Assembly: GCA_964420555.1 (NCBI GenBank)
Contig: CAYQTT010000019.1
Coordinates: forward strand, 19,154 to 83,153
Direction of reading: 5' to 3'
DNA: 64,000 nt
Source: an uncultured Lentimicrobiaceae bacterium
GTDB taxonomy: Bacteria; Bacteroidota; Bacteroidia; Bacteroidales; UBA4417
Shown here one piece after another: positions 54,977 to 64,000 of the stretch (position 1 is its first letter; each line of letters begins with the position of its first letter). The notes beneath the pieces are model-generated. The model was given only the letters and a program-made list of their open reading frames with translations. It did no database searches and was not told the origin of the DNA. The translations under genes were made by a program, and so were the position numbers.

Positions 54977-57900
54977 TTATCTCCCATTCGATTTCATCCA
55001 CTCGCGTGCATTTACAAACGCTTCTATCCATGGAGAAAGTTCGTCGGCTTTGTGCGAATCAGGATACAACGGCCATTGCCATGGCAGCAATGAGCGTTCC
55101 AGATGTGGCATCATAACTAAATGGCGTCCGTCGTTGCTGAAAATACAGGCGGCATCGTACATCGAACCGTTAGGATTTCCGGGATAAGCACTGTATGAAT
55201 ATTTTGCAGCGATATTATATTTTTCTTCCTCATACGGGAAACTGAATTGTCCTTCGCCATGAGCAACCCAAATACCTAACTTGCTACCCGAAAGCGATTT
55301 AAGCATTACTGAGTCATTTTCAAGTATATCAACCGTAAGGAATGTGGATTCGAATTTACCGGAAGCATTGTGCAGCATTTTTGTTTTTTGCTGATGTTCC
55401 GGATTTACAAGACCGAGTTCGATCATTACCTGGCAACCGTTGCAAACGCCAAGGCTTAACGTATCCTCGCGTGCATAAAATTTCTCAAGGGCTATGCGCG
55501 CATTTTCGTTGTACTTAAAAGCTCCGGCCCAACCTTTGGCCGAACCAAGTACATCGGAATTTGAAAATCCGCCGACAAAAACTATCATCCTGATATCTTC
55601 GAGTGTTTCGCGTCCACTCATAAGGTCAGTCATATGAACATCTTTCACATCCAGTCCGGCCAGGTGCATGCTCCAGGCCATTTCGCGGTCACCGTTTACG
55701 CCTTTCTCGCGGATGATAGCGGCTTTTATTCCTGAACGGGTTTTGCGTTTGGGATCAATACCAAACTGAAGGTATTTCCCGGTAAAAGTTTCGGGGAAAA
55801 CAAATTTCCTTTCCTGAACGGCATAATTATCAAACCGTTCTTTCGCTTTGCTTTCACCACTCTGAATGCGGTCGAGCAGGTAGGAAGTACGGAACCATTT
55901 GTTGCGCAGTGCATGAATATCAAGTATATACTCACTATCCTGATGCATGATCTCCAGTGATTTCCCGGCAACGGGTTTACCTATGACACTGTATTTTATT
56001 CCTTTGTCATGAAGAAAAATACTTACAAAATCGAGGTCGTTTACCTGAACAACTACTCCCGGTTTTTCGCTAAAAAGCACTTTTACAATATCATTTTCAT
56101 TAAAACCATCCAGGTTCAGTTTCATACCTATTGTATTATGACTGAATGCCATTTCGAGCAGGGTTGTAACCAATCCGCCCGCCGAAACATCATGACCTGC
56201 CAGTATCATATCCCTTGAAATGAGTTCCTGCAACGCTTCGAAACATACACGGAAATAATCCGCGTCCTTTACATCAGGCGTTACACCGCCAAGCAAATTT
56301 AAAGCTTGTGCAAATGAACTTCCGCCCAAGTTAAAATCACTTTTCGAGAAATCGATATAAACAAGCGATGACGTATAACTTTCCTTTAAAACAGGGCTGA
56401 TAACCTTGCGGATATCGCTTACCTCGCCAACCGTGGAAATAATAACGGTTCCCGGCGCCATAACGGTTTCGCCGTCAGGGTATTTCTGGGTCATGGAAAG
56501 TGAATCTTTTCCGGTAGGGATATTTATTCCCAGTTCGATAGCAAATTCACTGATTGCTTTTACGGCTTTGTACAAACGGGCATCTTCGCCTTCGTTGCGG
56601 CATGGCCACATCCAGTTAGCGCTGAGCGAAACGCCACTCAAGCCCTGCTCAACCGGAGCCCATACCAGGTTAGTAAGCGCTTCGGCAACAGAAAGTACCG
56701 AACCTGCTTCAGGATCAATCAATCCCGAAACCGGAGCATGACCGATAGAAGTTGCAATGCCTTTAACGCCCTGGTAATCGAGGGCAACAATACCCAGGTT
56801 ATTGAGCGGAAGTTGGAGTGGTCCGGCAGTTTGCTGATGCGCAATGCGGCCTGTAACCGAACGGTCCACTTTATTGGTAAGCCAGTCCTTGCAGGCTACC
56901 GCTTCGAGTTGCAGAACCTGTTCGATATAATGAGTGAGGTTAATTTTGTCATATTCCGCTTGCAGGAACGATGCTGTGATTTCCTTGTCGCGCATAAAAG
57001 TGCGTGGCGGTTTCCCGAAAAAGTTTTCGAGTGGCATGTTTATCGGCGCTTCACCTGTTTTGGAATGTACGAACGAAAAATTCATATCGCCGGTAATTTT
57101 ACCCACGTTATAAAAAGGAGCTCTTTCGCGTTCGGCAACTTTTTGGAGTATGTCAACATCCGAAGCTTTCATTACCAATCCCATACGCTCCTGCGATTCG
57201 TTGCCAACAATTTCCTTAAACGAAAGAGTTGGATCGCCGACAGGCAATTTACTGATATCGATGGTTCCGCCTTGTTCCTCAACCAGTTCGGAAAGTGAAT
57301 TCAAATGCCCTCCGGCACCGTGATCGTGAACAGAAACAATAGGATTTTCGGGCATTTCAGCCATAGCACGGATGGCATTGTACACGCGCTTCTGCATTTC
57401 GGGATTCGAACGTTGTATGGCATTCATTTCGATACCGCTGTGATATTCGCCGGTTGCCACCGAAGAAACAGCGCCACCGCCCATACCGATGCGGTAGTTG
57501 TCGCCGCCCATTACAATGACATTGTCGCCGGGCTGAGGATGACCTTTGAGGCTATCGGGTTTTCGTCCGTAGCCAATTCCGCCAGCCTGCATAATTACTT
57601 TATCGTAACCGTAGCGTTTGTTATTTTCGGTGTGTTCAAAAGTTAAAACCGAACCACAAATCAGGGGTTGACCAAATTTATTACCGAAATCGCTGGCACC
57701 ATTCGACGCTTTAATAAGGATTTCTTCAGGCGTTTGATACAGCCAGGGACGGGGTTCATTTTCAGCTTCCCATTCGCGGCCATCACCTGAACGGGGGTAC
57801 GAAGTCATGTAAACTGCTGTTCCGGCAATAGGCATCGAACCTTTTCCACCGGCCATGCGGTCGCGGATTTCGCCACCCGAACCGGTTGCCGCACCATTGA

Positions 57901-58669
57901 AAGGTTCAACAGTGGTAGGGAAATTGTGAGTTTCAGCTTTCAGCGATATCACAGTTTCTATTTCGCGGGTTTCGAAATAATCGGGTTTATCCTGGGTAGC
58001 GGGAGCAAATTGTTCAGCAACAGGTCCTTCCACAAAAGCAACATTATCTTTGTAGGCGGATACAATTCGTCCATGATGCTCTTTCGAGGTTTTTTTGATA
58101 AGCTGAAAAAGACTTTCAGGCATTTCGTCGCCATCAATTACAAAAGTGCCGTTGAAAATTTTATGCCTGCAATGCTCTGAGTTAACCTGCGAAAACCCAA
58201 ACACTTCGCTATCAGTGAGTTTTCGGCCTAATTTCAGGCTAACGCCATTGAGGTATTCAATTTCCTCGTCGCTGAGCGCAAGGCCTTCCTCTTTATTAAA
58301 CGTAGCGATATCCTCAATTTCGATAATAGGCTCCGGTTGTTTCACAATAGTAAAAATATCCTGATCAAGTCCATGATACAAACGCTGCAGCATATGATCG
58401 TAGGTAGCATTTTCGCTATCAACTTCGGTAAATTCCTCAATACGGATTATACCATCAATACCCATGTTCTGGGTGATTTCGACGGCATTGGTACTCCAGG
58501 GAGTAATCATTTCGCGGCGGGGGCCAACGAAAAACCCGGCCATTTTGCTTTCGCTAACCTGCCGGGCTTCACCGAAAAGCCATTCCAGCTTTGGGATGTC
58601 GATGCTGTTTATATCTGTTTGATGGTGTACCGTGTAAACCGTTTTTTCTTTACGAAAGTAGAGGATCAT
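54977..58669 (-). CDS. purL: phosphoribosylformylglycinamidine synthase (single-chain large PurL)
   Basis: About 1230 aa with FGAM synthase domains and a C-terminal glutamine amidotransferase (GVCNGCQ, HGEG). ATG at 58669 preferred; the TTG at 58693 lies inside the promoter box. Confidence 0.97.
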   Translation of the reverse strand: MILYFRKEKTVYTVHHQTDINSIDIPKLEWLFGEARQVSESKMAGFFVGPRREMITPWSTNAVEITQNMGIDGIIRIEEFTEVDSENATYDHMLQRLYHGLDQDIFTIVKQPEPIIEIEDIATFNKEEGLALSDEEIEYLNGVSLKLGRKLTDSEVFGFSQVNSEHCRHKIFNGTFVIDGDEMPESLFQLIKKTSKEHHGRIVSAYKDNVAFVEGPVAEQFAPATQDKPDYFETREIETVISLKAETHNFPTTVEPFNGAATGSGGEIRDRMAGGKGSMPIAGTAVYMTSYPRSGDGREWEAENEPRPWLYQTPEEILIKASNGASDFGNKFGQPLICGSVLTFEHTENNKRYGYDKVIMQAGGIGYGRKPDSLKGHPQPGDNVIVMGGDNYRIGMGGGAVSSVATGEYHSGIEMNAIQRSNPEMQKRVYNAIRAMAEMPENPIVSVHDHGAGGHLNSLSELVEEQGGTIDISKLPVGDPTLSFKEIVGNESQERMGLVMKASDVDILQKVAERERAPFYNVGKITGDMNFSFVHSKTGEAPINMPLENFFGKPPRTFMRDKEITASFLQAEYDKINLTHYIEQVLQLEAVACKDWLTNKVDRSVTGRIAHQQTAGPLQLPLNNLGIVALDYQGVKGIATSIGHAPVSGLIDPEAGSVLSVAEALTNLVWAPVEQGLSGVSLSANWMWPCRNEGEDARLYKAVKAISEFAIELGINIPTGKDSLSMTQKYPDGETVMAPGTVIISTVGEVSDIRKVISPVLKESYTSSLVYIDFSKSDFNLGGSSFAQALNLLGGVTPDVKDADYFRVCFEALQELISRDMILAGHDVSAGGLVTTLLEMAFSHNTIGMKLNLDGFNENDIVKVLFSEKPGVVVQVNDLDFVSIFLHDKGIKYSVIGKPVAGKSLEIMHQDSEYILDIHALRNKWFRTSYLLDRIQSGESKAKERFDNYAVQERKFVFPETFTGKYLQFGIDPKRKTRSGIKAAIIREKGVNGDREMAWSMHLAGLDVKDVHMTDLMSGRETLEDIRMIVFVGGFSNSDVLGSAKGWAGAFKYNENARIALEKFYAREDTLSLGVCNGCQVMIELGLVNPEHQQKTKMLHNASGKFESTFLTVDILENDSVMLKSLSGSKLGIWVAHGEGQFSFPYEEEKYNIAAKYSYSAYPGNPNGSMYDAACIFSNDGRHLVMMPHLERSLLPWQWPLYPDSHKADELSPWIEAFVNAREWMKSNGR

Positions 58670-58690
58670 GCCAAAAGTGTTTTTACGGTG

Positions 58691-58698
58691 CAAAGATA
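58691..58698 (-). promoter_or_regulatory. -7 promoter box for purL
   Basis: The minus strand reads TATCTTTG, 22 nt upstream of the ATG at 58669. Confidence 0.5.
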
Positions 58699-58750
58699 GG
58701 AATTACGCTTTAAAATCTCAGTTATGCAACTAGTAAACAAAAAAACAGAT

Positions 58751-58758
58751 TATCTTTG
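58751..58758 (+). promoter_or_regulatory. -7 promoter box for the T9SS YD-like repeat gene
   Basis: TATCTTTG, 54 nt upstream of the ATG at 58812. Confidence 0.4.
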
Positions 58759-58811
58759 TGGATAAGTGGTGATACTCTTTGGCATCCATTTTGAAAAACA
58801 TTCTTATCTAT

Positions 58812-60224
58812 ATGCAAAAAATAATTCTAATTATCACAATATTAGCATCTCTAACCGCTAGACCTCAGGGAGTATATACACAGATTTGTTTACAAGGTGA
58901 TAAAAACCATTCCATAGATACTTGTGTTTTTATTAATAATGCTGAAAAATTTGAAAGTATTAATCGTGAATTTCATAATTTATCAATAAGCAAAAAAAAT
59001 AATTTCACTTTCCCTGTTACTCAACCATATCATGAAAAAGGCTCAGGTTCATTGAGCATATATTATGATAGTATTTATAAATGGTCATGGGATTCATCAA
59101 AGAATAGTTGGGAAACAAAACCGTCTAAAAGAACTATAGACATCTTATACGATAAAAATAACAATAAGTTAAGCGAATTGAACCAAATAATGCGGCCTCA
59201 TCCGGATCAATGGATTGATAACATGAAATATACATATACATATGACAGCAGCAATAATCTTAAGAGTGAATTAATTCAGAAGTGGAATAGTATTTATAAC
59301 GCATGGGACCTTTACTATTCAACTAATTTCTCGTATGACAGTAAGAATAATCGTACAGGTATGATAACCGAGCACTGGAATGGCAATTCGTTAGAAAGTT
59401 CTTATCAGTATATCTCAACTTTTGATGATAACAATAATGAGATAACATACTTAGCACAAAGATTGGAAGGTAGTTGGACGGATTTATATAAGTATTTCTT
59501 TGAATATGATGAAAATAACAATCGCATTAGTCTAATATTTAAAAAATACGGCAATACTTCTTCGGTAGATTCCTGTAAAAGTTATTCCTTTTATGATAGT
59601 AACAATAACATGTTAAAAGAATTGTTTCTCTGGAAGATTAACAATGAATGGGTAAATTACGAACAGCATTTATTTACTTATAGTAATAATAATATGTTAA
59701 GTATTCTTGTGCAGAAATGGGATAATAATATATGGTCTGATCTTGCGCGAAATCTTTATACATATGATTTAAACAACAATCAGACAAGTGAAATTTCGCA
59801 AGATTGGATTGGCGGCAACTGGAGAAATAACCTTATTTACAAGCACACATATAACAACGATAATAATAAAAACAGTACTACTTTTCACTGGTACAATAAT
59901 GATGGCATCTCATATTATTCCGGTGATAGCACTTATTATTATTCCCATATGTCTTCATATGATATAAATAAACCAGAAACTCAGGCAATAAGCATTTATC
60001 CTAATCCTGCAGCAGATTTTGTAACTTTTATGATTGATAATGTGAACAATGAAATTGTAGAATTTAGAATCTATTCTGTTATGGGAGTATTAGTTAGGTC
60101 AGAAATGCTGGAACAGTTTAACCACCAAATTAATGTTAAAGACTTAAGTAACGGCACATATTTTATTACAATTAGGTTAAAAAAACTGATATATAACCAG
60201 AAACTTATTATACAAAGGCCATGA
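58812..60224 (+). CDS. T9SS-sorted secreted protein with Asn-rich YD-like repeats
   Basis: Signal peptide MQKIILIITILASLTARPQG. Repeats YTYDSSNNLKSE, FSYDSKNNRTGM, FEYDENNNRISL, SFYDSNNNMLKE, YTYDLNNNQTSE. C-terminal sorting domain (ISIYPNPAADFVTF...LSNGTYFITI). Confidence 0.75.
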   Translation: MQKIILIITILASLTARPQGVYTQICLQGDKNHSIDTCVFINNAEKFESINREFHNLSISKKNNFTFPVTQPYHEKGSGSLSIYYDSIYKWSWDSSKNSWETKPSKRTIDILYDKNNNKLSELNQIMRPHPDQWIDNMKYTYTYDSSNNLKSELIQKWNSIYNAWDLYYSTNFSYDSKNNRTGMITEHWNGNSLESSYQYISTFDDNNNEITYLAQRLEGSWTDLYKYFFEYDENNNRISLIFKKYGNTSSVDSCKSYSFYDSNNNMLKELFLWKINNEWVNYEQHLFTYSNNNMLSILVQKWDNNIWSDLARNLYTYDLNNNQTSEISQDWIGGNWRNNLIYKHTYNNDNNKNSTTFHWYNNDGISYYSGDSTYYYSHMSSYDINKPETQAISIYPNPAADFVTFMIDNVNNEIVEFRIYSVMGVLVRSEMLEQFNHQINVKDLSNGTYFITIRLKKLIYNQKLIIQRP

Positions 60225-60358
60225 TTACTTTTATAAAACATAAAATATTAATCAAACTTTATAAAAATATTGAATCCAATTCTGATTAAAAGGATAACTC
60301 AAAACCAATAAACTCCACATTATTAACTACTTCATGTTATTTGATCGGGATTAAAGAG

Positions 60359-60366
60359 TACCTTTG
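60359..60366 (+). promoter_or_regulatory. -7 promoter box for the DEAD-box helicase gene
   Basis: TACCTTTG, 24 nt upstream of the ATG at 60390. Confidence 0.55.
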
Positions 60367-60389
60367 CCGGCTTAATCTTAAACTATTTA

Positions 60390-62327
60390 ATGAATACATT
60401 TGACGAATTAGGTTTACAGGAAAATATCCTGAAAGCTATCAAAGAACTGGGATTCGAAAATCCCATGCCCGTGCAGGAGGCTGTTATCCCGCGAATAATT
60501 GAAAACAACACCGACATTGTTGCCCTGGCGCAAACAGGAACTGGAAAAACCGCAGCTTTTGGATTACCGCTGCTACAGCTTATTGATCCTGACAACAAAA
60601 AAACACAGGCACTGATTCTTAGCCCTACACGCGAATTGTGTATGCAGATTGCAAGTGACCTGAATTCTTACTCAAAGTATATGCCTGATATTAAAGTTAC
60701 CGCCGTTTACGGTGGTGCTAGTATTGAGGCACAAGCAAAACAGCTGAGAGCCGGCACCCAGATTATCGCCGCTACCCCGGGCCGTATGCTCGATATGATT
60801 ATGCGTAAATACGCTGATCTGTCGGAAGTACGTTTCCTGGTTCTTGATGAAGCTGACGAAATGCTCGATATGGGATTTGAGGAAGATGTTCAATCAATTA
60901 TTGAAAGTACTCCCAAAGACCGCCACACATTCCTTTTCTCGGCTACCATGCCGACGGATGTTGAAAAAATTGCCCGGCGGTACATGAAAAACCCTGAAAC
61001 ATTAAGTATGGGTCAGCGTAACATTGGTGCCACCAATGTGAAACACATTTATTACCTCACACATGCGAGGGATCGTTACACGGTTCTGAAACGTGTTGCC
61101 GATTTTCATCCCGACATGTATGCTATTGTTTTTTGCCGTACACGCCAGGAAACACAGGAAATTTCCGATTCACTGATCCGCGACGGATACAGCGCAGATG
61201 CCCTTCATGGCGATCTGTCGCAATCGCAGCGCGACCATGTAATGAAAAAATTCCGCGAAAAACACCTCAATATGCTTGTAGCAACTGATGTGGCTGCACG
61301 CGGTATTGATGTAAGCGACCTTACTCACGTTATCAACTACCAGCTGCCTGACGACAGCGATAACTACATTCACCGCTCAGGTCGTACAGGCCGTGCCGGT
61401 AAGGACGGAATAAGTATTTCCATCATTAATATGAAGGAAAAAGGCCGTATTAAAATGCTTGAAAGGCAGATTGGAAAACCTTTCAGTGCAGGTAAAATTC
61501 CATCAGGGCGCCAGGTTTGTGAGAAACAGCTTTATCACCTGATTGACCGCATGGAAAATGTAAATGTGATTGAAGACGAAATCAACGATTTCCTTCCGGT
61601 TATTTTCAAGAAACTGGAATGGATGAGCAACGAGGAAATCATCAAACGATTTGTTTCGGTTGAGTTCAACAGTTTCCTCGAATACTACCGCGATGCGAAA
61701 GATTTGAATGTGGATGAATCGCGTGAGCGTTCTGACCGTTCCGATCGTTCCGAAGGTGGCGGATTTACAAGGATTTTCATGAGTATCGGTCGCAAGGATG
61801 GGCTTTTACCGCCAAAACTCCTGGGTATGATCAATGAATTTACTCAAAGCCGCGACTTACGTGTCGGCAGGATTGAACTTGGCGATACATTTACTTTCGT
61901 AGAAATTGACACCAAGTATGTTCCACTGTTTATGGAGTCGTTCAAAGACAGAACCTTGAATGATCGCCCTATACGCGTTGATATTTCAGAAGGTCAGAGT
62001 TCCGATCGTCCGGGTCGTTCATCGTATGGTGGCGGAAGGCGTGGCGATAGTGACCGCGGCGGATCAGGCGGAGGATATGGCGGCGGACGCAGCAGAGGCG
62101 GCGATCGTGGCGACCGCGGTGGTTCCGGTGGCGGAGGATACAAAAAGAGCTATGGTGGCGGATCAGGCGACAGGCCTGCTTATAAAGGTGGCGACCGCAG
62201 ATCCGATTCAAGCCGCTCAGCAACCCGTCCGGATTCGGATAGAGGCAGCAGCCGGCCAGCACCAAGCGGAGAACCCTGGTATAAAGAACAAGCCGGAAAA
62301 CCTGGAAGGAAGAAGAAGAGGTTTTAG
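60390..62327 (+). CDS. DEAD-box ATP-dependent RNA helicase (DeaD/CsdA-like) with RGG-rich tail
   Basis: Q motif, AQTGTGKT, DEAD, SAT, HRSGRTGRAG. DbpA-like domain. The C-terminal ~100 aa is rich in GGR/GGS/DR. Confidence 0.93.
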   Translation: MNTFDELGLQENILKAIKELGFENPMPVQEAVIPRIIENNTDIVALAQTGTGKTAAFGLPLLQLIDPDNKKTQALILSPTRELCMQIASDLNSYSKYMPDIKVTAVYGGASIEAQAKQLRAGTQIIAATPGRMLDMIMRKYADLSEVRFLVLDEADEMLDMGFEEDVQSIIESTPKDRHTFLFSATMPTDVEKIARRYMKNPETLSMGQRNIGATNVKHIYYLTHARDRYTVLKRVADFHPDMYAIVFCRTRQETQEISDSLIRDGYSADALHGDLSQSQRDHVMKKFREKHLNMLVATDVAARGIDVSDLTHVINYQLPDDSDNYIHRSGRTGRAGKDGISISIINMKEKGRIKMLERQIGKPFSAGKIPSGRQVCEKQLYHLIDRMENVNVIEDEINDFLPVIFKKLEWMSNEEIIKRFVSVEFNSFLEYYRDAKDLNVDESRERSDRSDRSEGGGFTRIFMSIGRKDGLLPPKLLGMINEFTQSRDLRVGRIELGDTFTFVEIDTKYVPLFMESFKDRTLNDRPIRVDISEGQSSDRPGRSSYGGGRRGDSDRGGSGGGYGGGRSRGGDRGDRGGSGGGGYKKSYGGGSGDRPAYKGGDRRSDSSRSATRPDSDRGSSRPAPSGEPWYKEQAGKPGRKKKRF

Positions 62328-62341
62328 TTGATTGAGATAAC

Positions 62342-62460
62342 GGGATGAGTGAGTGACAAGGCGACAAGGCGAGGGGCGACACGGAGAGTGGAAAATGTGA
62401 GGGGTGACAAGGAGAGGAGAGACAAGGAGAAGGGCGACAAGTAGAAGGGGGAATTAGAAA
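62342..62460. repeat. purine-rich degenerate 7-8-nt tandem array (GACAAGG / GAGAGGA variants)
   Basis: The plus strand is almost entirely A/G over ~120 nt (gacaaggcgacaaggcgaggggcgac...gacaaggagaagggcgacaag). It lies between the helicase stop (62327) and the terminator hairpin (62513). Confidence 0.8.
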
Positions 62461-62512
62461 GTGTTGTGAAATTAAAGCTTATTCTACTGAAAATCAACGG
62501 ACTTTTAGTCAT

Positions 62513-62546
62513 AAAAAAAACGCCTCTTTTTAGGGGCGTTTTTTAT
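62513..62546. terminator. bidirectional terminator shared by the helicase and trxB
   Basis: AAAAAAAACGCCTC-ttttta-GGGGCGTTTTTT (one G-U pair), with A-run and T-run flanks. It lies 186 nt after the helicase stop and ~290 nt after the trxB stop. Confidence 0.8.
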
Positions 62547-62638
62547 GCTTTGTTAAATGTTTTCATTTGGCACTTTTCGCTTTACAAACAAAATTTGATC
62601 CCATGTGCCCTCAATTGGGGCTTTTCACTGTTCAAAAA

Positions 62639-62701
62639 CCTCACCCCCGTCCTCCCGCGAAAAAGCGGGACAGGCTCTCTCCTGAAAAAGGCGAGGGGTG
62701 A
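62639..62701. repeat. GC-rich composite palindromic (Y-shaped) element
   Basis: Outer stem TCACCCC (62641..62647) / GGGGTGA (62695..62701) encloses two hairpins, CTCCCGC-GAAAAA-GCGGGA(G) and CTCTCCT-GAAAAA-GGCGAG, both with GAAAA(A) loops. Confidence 0.6.
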
Positions 62702-62742
62702 CTACACCCCCCAGATTTTATATAGAACGACTCAACTAACTG

Positions 62743-62833
62743 TTCATTTTTCGCTCTTCACTTTCATTGCGAGCGAAGCGAAGCAACACTCTTCACTCTT
62801 CACTTTTCACTCTTCACTATTCACTTTTCACTT
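62743..62833. repeat. CACTNTT heptamer array (core 62787..62833) with degenerate 5' part
   Basis: CACTCTT CACTCTT CACTTTT CACTCTT CACTATT CACTTTT CACTT abuts the trxB stop codon. It is preceded by ttcatttttcgctcttcactttc and a GC-rich insert cattgcgagcgaagcgaagcaa. Confidence 0.85.
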
Positions 62834-62837
62834 ATAA

Positions 62838-63782
62838 CTACTCCTTCGCCCCCAGCCACCGTTCAGCTTCAATAGCAGCCATACATCCTGTACCTGCAGC
62901 AGTTACAGCCTGGCGGAAAACATGGTCCTGAACATCGCCGGCAGCAAACACGCCTTCAATATTTGTACGGGTACTTCCTGGAATGGTTTTGATATAACCT
63001 TGCTCGTCCAATTCAAGCTGATCTTTAAAGATGTCGGTATTAGGAGTGTGACCAATGGCCACGAAAAATCCCTGAATCTCAATATTTCTGATCTCGCCGG
63101 TTTTTGCATTTTTCAGCCTTGCGCCAGTTACCACTTTGCCATCGCCGGTAATTTCTTCAGTGATATGATTCCAGATAACTTCGATATTGGCTGTGTTCAT
63201 TACGCGGTGCTGCATTGCTTTTGATGCACGTAATTCGTCGCGGCGAACGATAAGATATACTTTACGGCCGAGTTTCGATAAATAGGAAGCTTCTTCACAA
63301 GCGGTATCGCCACCTCCGACAACTGCAATATCCAAACCACGATAGAAAAACCCATCACAGGTAGCACAGGCCGAAACACCATGACCGTTGTATGTTTTCT
63401 CCGATTCAAGTCCCAGCCAGCGGGCAGTGGCGCCGGTAGCTATAATAACAGTTTCGGCTTCTATAACTTTGCCGTTGTCGGTAGTAGCTTTAAACGGGCG
63501 GTTCTGAAGTTCGACTTTTTCAATAATTCCAAAACGAACATCCGTACCAAAACGCTCGGCCTGGTGCTGGAGGTCTTCCATCATAACAGGACCAGTAACA
63601 CCTTTCGGATAACCGGGGAAATTATCAACTTCGGTAGTTGTAGTAAGCTGTCCGCCCATTTGCATGCCGGTGTACATTACCGGTTTAAGGTCAGCTCGCG
63701 CAGCATAAATTGCAGCAGTATATCCGGCAGGTCCGGAACCTATGATAAGGCATTCAACTTTTTCAAATTCAGAGGATGACAT
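62838..63782 (-). CDS. trxB: thioredoxin-disulfide reductase
   Basis: GSGPAGYTAAIYAAR FAD motif, redox-active CATCDG, GGGDTACEEA NADPH motif, GDV. Confidence 0.95.
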   Translation of the reverse strand: MSSSEFEKVECLIIGSGPAGYTAAIYAARADLKPVMYTGMQMGGQLTTTTEVDNFPGYPKGVTGPVMMEDLQHQAERFGTDVRFGIIEKVELQNRPFKATTDNGKVIEAETVIIATGATARWLGLESEKTYNGHGVSACATCDGFFYRGLDIAVVGGGDTACEEASYLSKLGRKVYLIVRRDELRASKAMQHRVMNTANIEVIWNHITEEITGDGKVVTGARLKNAKTGEIRNIEIQGFFVAIGHTPNTDIFKDQLELDEQGYIKTIPGSTRTNIEGVFAAGDVQDHVFRQAVTAAGTGCMAAIEAERWLGAKE

Positions 63783-63807
63783 GATATGGTTATATTTTTT
63801 GTGGGTG

Positions 63808-63815
63808 CAAAATTA
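63808..63815 (-). promoter_or_regulatory. -7 promoter box for trxB
   Basis: The minus strand reads TAATTTTG, 26 nt upstream of the ATG at 63782. Confidence 0.5.
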
Positions 63816-64000
63816 ATGTATTAAGTCGTATTGACATAAATTATACCATTCTTAAATACGACAAATATCTCAATAAAAAAGCTGACATGGATATGACAGA
63901 TTGGCGGATACAAATTCACTTTTCGTTTATTGAGAAGCATGCAATCCCCTTAAAAATAGATGTATCTGAATATCCTGAAAAACTAATAAATCCATTATAC

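Noticed and set aside
58751-60300. AT-rich island as a mobile genetic element
   Set aside because: I saw no integrase, transposase, flanking direct repeats or tRNA target. Only compositional deviation supports foreign origin, so it is reported as a finding rather than annotated as a mobile element.
61960-62837. ORFs 61960..62331, 61969..62382, 62324..62512 and 62466..62837
   Set aside because: They are alternative-frame or antisense readings of the GC-rich RGG-tail coding region and of the intergenic repeat arrays. Their products are low-complexity (LSLLSLSP, SLFTFHSSLFTFH), and the last one runs across a terminator hairpin.

Overview
This 64-kb chromosomal segment reads as a Bacteroidota genome. 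The evidence is two proteins with T9SS C-terminal sorting domains, recurrent TAnnTTTG promoter boxes 15-55 nt upstream of start codons, mostly absent Shine-Dalgarno sites, and rsfS-ftsH-(LUD)-cdsA-psd synteny. I call about 56 protein-coding genes. By eye I found no rRNA, tRNA, CRISPR array, transposase or integrase.

Most of the window is housekeeping: gyrB, ftsH, rsfS, birA, pyrE, coaD, rsmD, holA, purL, deoD, trxB, a DEAD-box helicase, cdsA, psd, a POT peptide transporter and two tandem acyl-CoA synthetases. It also holds two two-component systems (LytTR-type and OmpR-type) and several envelope proteins.

The best candidate for an undescribed system is the minus-strand locus at 2.4-10.7 kb. 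It contains a PqqD-family small protein, a T9SS-sorted protein, an ATP-grasp ligase, a fold-type-III PLP decarboxylase and a 7-Cys mini-protein. These are followed by a urea-transporter-like/M23-peptidase fusion that is translationally coupled to a beta-rich signal-peptide protein and a TPR protein.

The second notable theme is non-coding:
- a family of strictly intergenic tandem heptamer arrays (CACTNTT at three loci, a CCAAATT array with an inverted partner, and a purine-rich array);
- a quartet of REP-like hairpins with compensatory stem changes;
- a GC-rich Y-shaped palindromic element;
- an operator-like repeat cluster in a divergent promoter.

All protein family calls come from motif recognition in the supplied translations. 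No database search, GC calculation or folding program was run. Coordinates of non-coding features were hand-indexed and anchored on start and stop codons of the ORF track.
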